40,818 nucleotides of DNA from the NCBI GenBank assembly GCA_030167865.1, contig JALAGF010005611.1, positions 1 through 40,818 of the forward strand. Reading direction: 5' to 3'. Below the pieces are notes generated by a model. That model ran no database searches. It had not been told where the DNA came from and worked only from the letters and a program-made list of their open reading frames with translations. Each line of letters starts with the position of its first letter. Positions within the stretch are counted from its first letter, which is position 1. The translations under genes were made by a program, and so were the position numbers. This stretch comes from Craspedostauros australis (Eukaryota). Below, piece by piece: positions 12,157 to 22,519 of the stretch.

Positions 12157-12921
12157 ATGCATCCGAGTATCGCGCTGCGCCACAGTCTCATGAGGATCAA
12201 CCCACGCTCTTGGGCTGCCGCTTCGTCTGTGTTTTTGCTTTCCGGAGGCGTCGCAGTCGCTGTCGCAGAAGCCTTCAGCATGTCATCCACCATGAAGGCC
12301 ACCGACGTGGGAGGCGCCCAGATGATTCCCGTCGACGTGACCGTCGGCGTCATGGAGGGCGTGGCCACCACGGGCAAAGACATGATCGCATCGAACAGCA
12401 AGGAGTTCGGGTCGCTGGCATTCGTCGTGCGGCGTCCCGGGTGATCCTTGTGCCGTGAGCATGGACAGCAGCTGTCCCAGCTCGCGGCAGAGAAGCCCAG
12501 CGCGTTGGATGGGTTCGGGATGTTCGGCATCATCAAGGAGACCGGCGTAGACGACGAAGGTCTCAAGGAGTTCTACGACCAGTACTTCTCCTATCCCCTC
12601 TACCGCGACGTGGACAACGAGGTGTACAAGGCTCTCGGCAGCCGCAGCATCTTTTCCAGCTCCACCACCTACAATCCGTTCAAGCTGTACAGGGCGTTCA
12701 ATAACCTCAAGCTCCGGTTGAAGGAAAAGAACGTGGAGGGCAACATGAAGGGTGAAGGGCTGGTCGCCGGTGGTCTCATCCTCTACGACAAGGCGGGCAA
12801 GCCGGTCTTTGTGTACGAAGAAGAGACAGGCTCGCCGATCGAGATGGACCAGGTCAAGGAGGCCTTGGAGGCTGTCAAATCCAACAAACCGATCAAGGGA
12901 GATGCAAGCACAGAGCTGTAG
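12157..12921 (+). CDS. SELU: Selenoprotein U / peroxiredoxin-like 2A family (AhpC-TSA_2) with Sec at TGA 12442-12444; probable signal/plastid presequence
   Basis: ORFs 11923+ and 12448+ are in the same frame, separated by a single TGA that lies in the family motif VRRPG-U-SLCREHG (UxxC). Downstream motifs YPLYRD…YKALG and GEGLVAGG…F…EETG fit the family. Start is ATG 12157 or 12190; a hydrophobic stretch ends at AEA|FS. Confidence 0.9.
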
Positions 12922-13104
12922 AGGACTGCAGAGAACTGGCTCTTGCAGTCGGTGGCGTGCTTCGCCGCCGGGCTTGTCTTGCTCTCTGGTGAACCGGATG
13001 CGACTGCCGGTATGCGCTCGTGTTTGTGGCAACACGGTAACAAAGAGTGCACAATGGGATCACACGCAATTCCTCATCTGGTGCAAAAACGAAACGAAGA
13101 CAGA

Positions 13105-13193
13105 GCACTGTTGAATGACAGAGATCAATCGGACTGTACCCATCTACCAAGATGGCTACGTACAGGCAGCTTGGTTTCTTGACAATACAATGC
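13105..13193 (+). promoter_or_regulatory. Candidate SECIS element (3'UTR of the selenoprotein)
   Basis: Core A-TGAC (13115-13119) faces TGAC (13180-13183). It closes a 9-bp stem AGAGATCAA/TTGGTTTCT, with upper stems CTGTAC/GTACAG and CCATCT/AGATGG and a lower helix GCACTGT/ACAATGC. The canonical unpaired AA is absent. Confidence 0.6.
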
Positions 13194-13727
13194 ATTGGCC
13201 CTGCGTTCCGTGGACTTTCTTTGCAGCAGCAGTTGATTCCTATTCGTATCATAAGTAGCATACGCACTTGGCACTTCCAACCCTGTGATGGGCTGATGGA
13301 TTCCTCAAGGAGGAATGATGGAGGAATCAATGGACAAATCAGATCCGTAGCATGTCTCTCCATTGGCGCGGGCTGTTCAAAGATGACATTGGCGCATTGG
13401 CACGGAAATTATGGCTAGAAGTACAAAACAACAAGAGCGTACAGGAATAGAGCATCCGCAGATTAGAGTGATTTTTGTGTTGCTCCAGGTATTGGTATGA
13501 TAGGTAGTAGCACAAGAGCACATGAGACTGTCCCTCGATGCCGCCAACACTCGCCCATGCACGAGCACCCCATAACCGTAGATAGTCGCTCAGAAGCTTG
13601 CAGTCGGGATACTCGCAAAGCCTTTTTGTGCTTCACAACCTCAATGAGAAAGCACATTGCGCATCAGTGATGCTTCACCGTCCTTTCGACGACCAAGGGA
13701 GAGGCTAATTACGAGCACCCCTCCGCT

Positions 13728-14426
13728 TCACAGAATGATGCATTCGCTTTGAAATGTGCACACTGCCAGAAATTTCTGCGCCATCGTCAATCCGGATCTC
13801 CCCTTCTCCCATGCACGTACCACATCGCCTGCAGTGTTCCATTCCAAGGCCAGCCCTGCATCCTTCGAGCACGGCCGCCCCGTCCTCATGTCCACGACCA
13901 CGATCATCGGAATGTACGTGACATTCAGTAACGTGTACAGTATGTTGCTGGATCGCATCACGGCAAAGCCCGTGCCGTTGCGATAGGCGCGAGCCTCCGG
14001 GGAGAGGTTGGCTGCTGCTGAGCCGGCTCCACTGTTGTTCTCCATGTCGTTGCTGTTGCTGGTATTGCTGCTGTTCTGCGCAGCACTGCTCCTGAGACCG
14101 CCCCCTTTCGCGTTCTGCACCAAAATGACGGCCACCGATTGCTGGAATGCATCATCGGCGACACGACGCCGCAGCGTGAGGGAATGCCCTGAGTACGGCT
14201 CTTGCACGAAGAGGAAGCAGACGAACCGCCTGTGGCCGATGTGATCGAGGAAGGCCACCAACGAAGGCGGCACCTGCCCGTTCTCAAGCCGGTGCTTGCC
14301 CCTGCGATTGTGCAGGACCGTGTTCGATTGACGGATGTATTCCTCGTCCAGCGCATGGTGCTCCAGTAGAGCGACGTTCTGGGATTCGATCATTCGCATG
14401 ATGCCCACCAACCGTTGCTGCGGCAT
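13728..14426 (-). CDS. Hypothetical protein with a degenerate thioredoxin/nucleoredoxin-like fold and C-terminal CaaX box (CIIL)
   Basis: Long ORF; the likely start is GCAACC-ATG at 14426 (an upstream in-frame ATG is also possible). Patterns FVCFLF..P.S…VAVILV and LLNVTYIPMIVVVD..TGR….DAG resemble nucleoredoxin Trx domains without CxxC. Ends SECIIL*. Confidence 0.6.
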   Translation of the reverse strand: MPQQRLVGIMRMIESQNVALLEHHALDEEYIRQSNTVLHNRRGKHRLENGQVPPSLVAFLDHIGHRRFVCFLFVQEPYSGHSLTLRRRVADDAFQQSVAVILVQNAKGGGLRSSAAQNSSNTSNSNDMENNSGAGSAAANLSPEARAYRNGTGFAVMRSSNILYTLLNVTYIPMIVVVDMRTGRPCSKDAGLALEWNTAGDVVRAWEKGRSGLTMAQKFLAVCTFQSECIIL

Positions 14427-16585
14427 GGTTGCTGGCGGAGACGTATCGTGCGTTGAACGTGAGGGTACGACTAACAGATGTGGGTGTATCGGTATCTTGG
14501 GTGCAAGATCGTGGCTGCGCAAGAGTTGTACGAGGATGTCGCTGTCTTGCGAGTGTGCTGGTTGGGACAAGTGGATGTATAGTACTGGTATGGCGGGGTA
14601 GACCGTGTGGAATGTGCGCATTCCTTCGCTTTCGCGGAGAAACGATGCCGTTGCCGCAACCGTCACCATTGTCGCCATCTTTGTTGCTTGCGTTTTGATG
14701 CTCTGTGCACGACCATCGTTTCGGCCTTTCTGGGTTTCATTCGAATGTGTCGAAAAGATACCACCCGCCAAAAACAGAAAAGGCGTGTCGGAAGCGACAG
14801 AAGTGATGGGAACAAACCGAAGCACCGAACCTTCACTGGTGCCGCCACCTCTCCATCGGCTTGCGACTATGACAGCATCTCATTCATTTTCGCACGCCTG
14901 AATGTCACAGCACCGAATCGCCTTCGATTTGTCATTCCTGCCCCAAGATCTATTACACCGAGACAGCGAGAGTCAACGCAAGAGCTGAGAGAACTACAGA
15001 AACAGGGTCTCCAATCGTCAACGTTGTCAGCATCATCCTTCTCCAATCACCCTTCACTCTTTCACTTTCCCGCTTGTCACTTCGCCACTTTTTGGCGGGA
15101 TCAACGAATCGCTCTGTGCTTCATTTTCTGTTCTTTGTTGCAGAGTGTAGCAGAGTGTGGCAGAGTGTGCAATCCAGAGGTGCTTGCTCCGGCCAATACC
15201 AGTACCGTGGACCTTGCTTGCTTCAATTTCACGTCTGGACTACCTCGCCCAAGCATGTGCGCAGCAGCCAACAGAGCATGATGCTATACATGTGTTGTAC
15301 CAGCCACGAGCCACTGCGTACAAGAGCTGATGTGTTCCCAACAGCAGCGAAGCGACGATCCTTTGCATCGCTGAGGGATGGATGACGACGCCAGCCTTGG
15401 TGACTGACATCATCGTTTTTGAGATCCTCCAAGATTAATAGCTCGATCTGTGCAATGGTAAACGAAGCGACAATCCTCAACGAGTTCGGTCTTCGCCTCC
15501 AGCACCCAAAGGTTCGCGTGCTGAGGTAAAGGCTTTTCTGCCTGTGTGCGTTGTTCTGCATGACGATGGTGGCCGTGGCTGGACCCTTTCGGCCGGCACG
15601 GAATCGGACCCCCTCGATAAGTCTGTGAAGTTGTTGGCTCCTCTATCATGTGACGCATCTGCGCAACCGAAACAAAACATGATGACATGGTCGATCAGGA
15701 ATGACGTGAAGGGTGGTTGATAAGTGAGTCATTCCACGGCTTCTCATTCACCATGCATGTGACAGCGGAAGGCAGCAGAACCTCCATGTCGTCGAAGCGT
15801 CCAATGACATGCGAAACGCTGTGACGATGCTCTGCAAACGCGATTTGGCTCACGCCCATCGGCAACATCCATCAACCGAAATATCATTCTCCTCATCCCT
15901 GGCGGTGAACATCAGAAGACGTGCAGGACGTCGAACAGTAAGCCAAGAGGGCAGACTCGTCCAGGAGAAGTCCGCAACCCGAACGCATCAAACTCCCAAT
16001 CCAGGAAGTGGAACCATACTCGCGATCATGCGCCCGCACTGCTTGGATGATCGTGGGGCTCAGCTTTTGGTGGAGAATTCCGACATGCTGATGACAACAG
16101 AGGACGACAGCACCGGAGAACAATCGGCAGCCAGACCAATAGTGGAGAACTGCGGCAGCAGCGGCAGAAACCGCAGCAGCGCAGGGCACAATTCCTCAGA
16201 CAGACGACCCTCACGGATGGAGGAGAACTTGTTCAGAGCGCGGTTTCTCATGGCAAACCGTGTTCGCACTCGCGCTGGAGCCTTCCACGCGCACGAACTA
16301 CCAAAGTATGTGTGTGCTCTCAGCTGTCACAACTACACAACGTGTCGGTGCGAGTTGGAAAGCATCGCGATCCCAAAATCGTAACGGCAGGACGCCGCGT
16401 CCTACAACTCATCACACAACGCAGAGGGAACAATCACAACGCGCAACCTCACAAACTCACAAACTCATAATCGCAGAAACGAGCAAATCCGTAAGCAGAC
16501 ACAACAATAACAACAACTGTACCAGCGAACATTCATCAACACGCACATCACACACAACACACACAAGCAGCAACAACGAACTGAC

Positions 16586-17455
16586 ATGAATCAACACACC
16601 CATAAAAGCCAACTCCAAGACTTCGGAACCGTCAGTTGCACCATTGCAACGACGTCCCCAGCGATCCTGGCATCGCCTCAAGAAAATCGGCCCGGTCTCG
16701 TCGACGAAGACATGCCATCGTCAGACGCACAAAGCACCACATCCACAAGCACGAAGATGGACAATCTGAAGAGCGCGTTGCATCTCAACGCGACGGGCGT
16801 GCGTCACCTTCGCAACAAGCAAGATCAGCAGGCTCTGCGATGTCTGACGGAATCGCTGTCCCTGCTCAAACGGAATCTCTCGCAATCGATGGGCCAAGGC
16901 CAAGACGTCATGATCGCCAAGCTCATGTCCAATCCATCGCAGAGACTGATCGACGCAGACTTCATCCCGCTCGAGGGACTCATCGATCAAGATTGCTTCG
17001 TGTACAGCGACACCGTCATGTTCTCCACCCCGAACAACTTCGAAGACGTCCAGCACCTCCTGCATGTGTACATCGCAGGGATTATCCTCAACATCTCGCT
17101 AGCGTACCATCGACGAGCCGCGGTCGGCAGCATGCCGTATCTGCAGAAGGCCATGAAGATGTACGAAATGGTCATCTCCCTGTGCTCGAACGAAGCCGAC
17201 GAACAGGGTCTGGCGTTGCTCTTTCGATTGGCAGCAACGAACAACATCTCGCAGATACGATACACCATGTTCGGTTGCTGCTCCAGCCAAGGAGAGGCAG
17301 ATCTGCAGTCGCCGGCAACGTTCGAGCATCTCGGGAGCTTGTGGAATCTCGTGGAAATGAGCTTCCTCCAGGGCAACATTCCACTCCACGTCTTCGACGG
17401 GCTGGTGTTCAACATACTCCTTTCCAGATATCCGAGCATGGCCGCGGCTGCGTGA
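16586..17455 (+). CDS. Diatom-type hypothetical TPR-like protein ending in AAAA
   Basis: 289-aa ORF with coding-like codon use. Motifs LNATGV..L….ALRCL..SL, IILNISLAYH, LQKAMKMYEM, LAATNNISQI and C-terminal MAAAA*. Confidence 0.75.
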   Translation: MNQHTHKSQLQDFGTVSCTIATTSPAILASPQENRPGLVDEDMPSSDAQSTTSTSTKMDNLKSALHLNATGVRHLRNKQDQQALRCLTESLSLLKRNLSQSMGQGQDVMIAKLMSNPSQRLIDADFIPLEGLIDQDCFVYSDTVMFSTPNNFEDVQHLLHVYIAGIILNISLAYHRRAAVGSMPYLQKAMKMYEMVISLCSNEADEQGLALLFRLAATNNISQIRYTMFGCCSSQGEADLQSPATFEHLGSLWNLVEMSFLQGNIPLHVFDGLVFNILLSRYPSMAAAA

Positions 17456-19076
17456 TCATCCATCTTAGCAACGATCATGTAGTGCTATTGCTACTTCACT
17501 CTACAATTCTCTACCTCGACACCGATTCACCATAAACATAGGACAAGCAGCAGCACGTCGCTGCGCGCATCAAATGCACATACAAGTACTCTACACATAA
17601 ATATCTCAAAACTCATTCATACACACACGCATGTTTGCACACTATACATTCATGAATCCATCAATCCACTGGTGAGGGCGGAGCACACGTCCTCTTCGAA
17701 TCTCCGCTTTGTCATTGCACCTCGTTCACAAGATTCGCAGAGCTTTTCTGCAGAGTGGTACACCACGCAACTGATGCAACAGCGCCGTTACCATCATGAT
17801 CTACGGACACGAGGACCGGCTTTGGCTTGGCAACAAAAACCTCTCTCCGCAGAAAGGAAAGGGAGATTAGAACGAAGTGGAGGAAACCAGTGCACCAAGA
17901 TTCAACGATGCGCAGGCTGATTGCGTCCCACTTATGCCTCTGCATATCGGATGAAAGGAGCGCACCTCTTGTACCCCGATGCCATTACCCTGTTGCTGTA
18001 GTGTCGGGTTGTCGATCTGTCGAGTTGTTAAGGTGCTCCATGAGCACTGGAAATGGACCAGAAACGGCCTATCTTGGCTCTGTCGAAATGATCGATTCCA
18101 ACTCATCCCGCTCTCCAAGGGCGAGGCTTCGAGTTCCGCACACGTGCGCACGTGCAGGCACACATCAGCCCCGCGAACCTTTCCGTCAAGTCTCCAATCC
18201 TCTTTCTGCCATTTCGCGAAGGCTCGCCGCTGTGTGAGCAGCAGAAGCTTTTGTCTGCCTGTCTTCGGTACCATGATAATGGATGGCGAGCAATGAACCA
18301 CATCATGGTTGCCATCGCAATCGCCATCGTCTTCCCCGTCTTACTCTCTCCTTGCCGCTGCTGTCGCCATTCATTCAGCAAATTGGCTCTCGTGTGTATG
18401 GTATGGTACGTGTTACTATGGTGCACTCAGCAATCGTGTTGGTATTCGTGGGTCTCCTTTTGAATCTCCACCCGCCTCCTTCCCATCCCTCTGCGCACCT
18501 CGTTCCGCACCTCCCTGCGCAACGACCAGCCGACGAACATTGGATCGAAATACACCAGGACTGATCGCTTTCTTTGCTGCGTGCCGGACAAGCACCCATG
18601 CCATACTTCGCGTCATGGAGACATGTGATGGCGCTTCGCTTGCTTGGTTGCTTCGGAGCCTTCGTGTTTGTGCCTTTCTGCGTTCTCCAGAATGTCGGCG
18701 CTGTCAGAACATCATGCGACGCCAACTGACGTCCCATCTCTCAGAAAAGGTATCTTTGGTGTTTCGGCGAACCGTTTTCCGCTCGATCTGGTCGATACTT
18801 AGTCATACGAGTCGATCGTGTCATTGTTTGTGTCGAGAATTCGTCTCGCGACATTTGTTGGCCAAGAAATCGTGGGGGGTGGAAAACAGGAACCACCTCC
18901 AACCCAACCATCAACCATCCACCATCCACCACGATGATGTCATGAGAGAGATTACGAACAGCATTGCCGCCAACGCCAACGCCAACGCCGCCGCCACCAT
19001 CCTCATGCTCATGGAGCTCATCTTCCTCACAGCTTGTCCACCATCACCGTTCGAGAAAGAACCCGCATCGACGACC

Positions 19077-20039
19077 ATGAGACGACCCCAACGACAATTG
19101 CTGCCAAGAACGTTGCATCGGACTACAGGGCGAGTGCAGCAACTGCTCAGCTTGGCAGTGGTGCTCTTATGCTTAATCTCCCGTTGCCAATCACTTGATG
19201 TCCGCAGCACGAGCAGCGGCTACGCCCGCAACAGCGACATGAGCAGGACCATACGATGGAGTCCTTCCTTCGTGGATCTCCGAGGCGTTTCGCAGTCCTA
19301 CCCCGACACGCTGTGGCGCAAGCTGACGAGCAGCGTTCCACGCAGAGAATTCGCGCTTGACGATGTCAGCATGTCCATCCCGTCGAGCCTGCAGCTGGTG
19401 ATCGGCGCATCATCGAGCGGTAAATCAACGATACTGCGCTTGCTTGCGGGCGCCGAAACGCCTGTGGCTGGCGAGGTGTTCATCGGGACGGAAATACAAG
19501 ACGTCCTGCCTGCTCGGCCGATACTGCTGGATACAAAGCCAGAATTCGACAATCGCCGAACTTTGAAGACCATCCTTCAAGAAGCCATTCCAAAGAATTC
19601 TCAGGTGCCATCGACTTTGTGTGACGAGGTGGCGGGGGAGATGCTCGAAGTGTTTGGTTTGCCCGCCGCGGCTGTCAGCGGCGAGACTCCATCATCTCTG
19701 TCACCCTCACAAGCTTTCCAATTTCGTTTGGCTGAGGCATCCTTGATGAGCATATTTGGAGGAGATTGGCGCCCACCCATCGATCATGACGACGGGATGC
19801 AGAGCGATGTCATCCTTCCGGCGCCCATTTTGCTGCTGGACGAATGGATGGACAAGGAAACGAGTTCGGTCATCCAGAAGGTGCAGACCTCCGCACAAAA
19901 GCTGGCTAACCTTGGTGGCGTGATCATTAGCGTGACGCACAAGCCGGAGTACTACCGCCAATCGGCTGAGAGCTCCATGCCGGAAGCCATCACCATGTGC
20001 AGAGGTTCTATCTTGAAGGGTAGACAAGGTGGGACTTGA
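19077..20039 (+). CDS. Stand-alone ABC-type ATP-binding protein with an N-terminal signal-like peptide
   Basis: Motifs FALDDVS, Walker A GASSSGKST, Walker B ILLLDE and H-loop SVTH; the signature is degenerate (LSPSQ). Likely start ACC-ATG at 19077, followed by LLSLAVVLLCLISRCQS. Confidence 0.8.
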   Translation: MRRPQRQLLPRTLHRTTGRVQQLLSLAVVLLCLISRCQSLDVRSTSSGYARNSDMSRTIRWSPSFVDLRGVSQSYPDTLWRKLTSSVPRREFALDDVSMSIPSSLQLVIGASSSGKSTILRLLAGAETPVAGEVFIGTEIQDVLPARPILLDTKPEFDNRRTLKTILQEAIPKNSQVPSTLCDEVAGEMLEVFGLPAAAVSGETPSSLSPSQAFQFRLAEASLMSIFGGDWRPPIDHDDGMQSDVILPAPILLLDEWMDKETSSVIQKVQTSAQKLANLGGVIISVTHKPEYYRQSAESSMPEAITMCRGSILKGRQGGT

Positions 20040-20436
20040 TGACACGTTCGTCTCTGCTCTCTCTATACTTGAAGACTTAGGTTGGCGTGATTTTTATCAT
20101 TGGAGTCATCGGAATCAGACATTGACGAAACTGTCGCGCCAAAACAACAACAACATGCGGTCATCGTTGCGATGTCTCTTTTTGATCGGAGGGAGGTGTC
20201 TCCTCCGTTCGCCGCTCACCGTTCACAGCACACCACAAACCCAACGCACCAACGACCTCATCATCTCCATCGATCGCCGCTGCTGTGCACAATAGAAGTG
20301 ACAGAAGCAGGATCGATTGCACAAGGATTGGTATGGACATCAGTGCCAAGATTGGCCCTCGCGTGTTTGCACCCACGAAATCACACAAGGAAGACAACAT
20401 CAGACAAAGTCGGAACAAAAGAAGGCATACCACACA

Positions 20437-22430
20437 ATGACCAAACTTGAGGACTTCATGGAGGCTCATCCGCACGGGACCACCCTGATGGCCAGGAACA
20501 CTGCGGCCAACCATAAGATCTGGGGTGAAGACGGGGAGTACGGCTACAAAGATGTCGATCCCAACATCTGCGATGGTGATCACTGCCCGTACTACGAATA
20601 CCATCATGATGCGACGCCGGAAGGTGCCCAAGAGACGCCCATCCACATCCTCATTGCAGCATACCGAGATCAGCTCTGTTCCAGAACATTGCACAATCTT
20701 TTCAGTGAGTGTACTATTAATGATCGAGCACAGCAGTGCGCTGTCGTGAGAATACCACGGAAGTTCTCCATTTTGCTTTGTGCTGAAGAATGCACGACAA
20801 GGTGTTGATTGATGCTTGTACCATCATTGCACAAGATTCTCACAACCCATACAAATTATCATTCCATCTCCCATCACTACCGCCATTATCATTCCGATTG
20901 TCCCGATCGGTGCCGACAACCAAAATAATCGTGTGTAATCATAACCATGATCACGATCACAACCAAATCAAATCATACACCGGAACAATTGGTTGACTGA
21001 CAGCCAGGGCAAAGAATTCAGACCGAATCTTCGTACGTGTCATCGACCAAACGCAACCAGGCAGCGACCTGGCGGACGATGAAGGGTGCTGGAACAGATA
21101 CTGCAGCACGTACAACACCAACTGCAACGAATTCAAAGATCACGTCCAGATCGTCCACGTCGATTCCTCCAAGTCAAAAGGACCCACCGACGCGCGCAGC
21201 AAGCTGTCGGCGATGGTGCATTGGGATTACCAGCACCGCCGCGCTGACAATGACGGTCCTGAGGGGCTGGACTTCCATCCTGTCCAATCGAACGACTTCT
21301 GCATGCAGATTGATTCTCACATGGACTTTTCCGATGAATTCGACACAGGGTTGATCGCGATGTTCCACCGCGCCGAGAACGACAACGCCGTGCTGTCGAC
21401 GTACGTGGCATCGATGGAGCAGAACAACCAGGATGTCCGAGTCGTTCCCAACCTCTGCATGGTCACCTTCACGTCGAGCATCCGAAATTGGGCGACGAAA
21501 GAATGCAAATACCTTTCCAAGCCCAAGCTGACAAATGGGATGTGGGGTGCCGGGCTCAGCTTCCACCGTTGCCACGCCGAGCTTGCTGTACCGGTCGATC
21601 CTTATCTCGACGGCGTGTTCGATGGCGAAGAAGGAAGCCGAGGTTTGCGATTCTTCACGCACGGCTACGACATCTACACACCAGATCGGGTGCTCGTGAC
21701 GCACGACTACGAAGGTCATCAGAGCAATCCGGTTGTGCACACGTGGAGAAAGAGGGGTGAGCACATCGTGGAGAAGGACTGGAAATGGTTCAGCGACATC
21801 GAGAAGTGGAGGCCCAACGTGCGCGTGTTTGGTACGCAGCGAGTCAACCTGCTTCTGGGTATCGGGATCGACGAGGACGACATCGCTCAGGCGAATGCGG
21901 ACGAGATCATGCTGATCCGAACCAGCCGGTACGGCCTGGGCAACAAACGAACGCTGGAGCAGGCTACAGAGTTCTCAGGGATCAACCTGAAGGAGAAAAG
22001 GATGGAGGAGAACAAATGCGGGAACCTCAAGTGGGTACCCTACGATGACAACCCTGCCGATGAAGTCCCGAGCAACCTGATGCGACCGTATGCCGGGGAG
22101 GCATTGGACGACACTGCCCAGGACAGCTTCGCGCTCAAGGTGGAGAGGGATGGCTACCCGAACCCCTGGCGCAACCCATCATCCTTGAGGCAAGGTGGCA
22201 AAACGGACGCGGTAAACGGAAGTGGAAGTGGAAATGGAATGCGATCGGTACCTCGACTTGATGCCGCAGCGATGGGCAATACGAAAGCAATCGGGCAAGG
22301 GGACGATGCATTGGCATCCAGCGAATGGCTTGTGCCGATACTGATCGTTGCTTCGGCTCTCCTCGTCGTTGCCCGATGCTTTGGAAAGGACCTCTTCAGG
22401 CCATCGAAACACGAGAGGCATAACAATTAG
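20437..22430 (+). CDS. GT60-like (Skp1-hydroxyproline GlcNAc-transferase / 'GlcNAc' family) glycosyltransferase, exons 20437-20704 and 21004-22430; N-terminus uncertain
   Basis: A phase-1 intron (GTGAGT at 20705 … CAG at 21003) gives IAAYRDQLCSRTLHNLF-T-RAKNSDRIFVRVIDQ. Further motifs GPTDAR, MQIDSH (DxH), VLSTY, WGAGLSF, VPVDPYL..VFDGEE and FTHGYDIYTP. C-terminal hydrophobic segment WLVPILIVASALLVVA. Confidence 0.85.
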
Positions 22431-22494
22431 ATCCTGCCGCGGTGCGATGCATTCTTGCAGCCTCACCGGATCCAGAGTCACACCCAAAAGCAGA

Positions 22495-22519
22495 AAGAGA
22501 GAGAGAGAGAGAGAGAGAG
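22495..22519. repeat. (GA)n microsatellite
   Basis: About 12 AG units downstream of the glycosyltransferase stop. Confidence 0.85.

Noticed and set aside
12442..12444. TGA as a true stop or pseudogene lesion
   Set aside because: It falls exactly on the catalytic Cys position, the rest of the gene is intact, and a SECIS-like structure follows.
12463..12477. GGACAG-CAG-CTGTCC hairpin 18 nt after the Sec codon as a recoding element
   Set aside because: Only a 6-bp stem with a 3-nt loop; cannot be distinguished from chance without conservation data.
18309..19076. 256-aa N-terminal extension of the ABC ORF
   Set aside because: Begins at TTG with UTR-like composition; a good ATG plus signal-like peptide is present at 19077.
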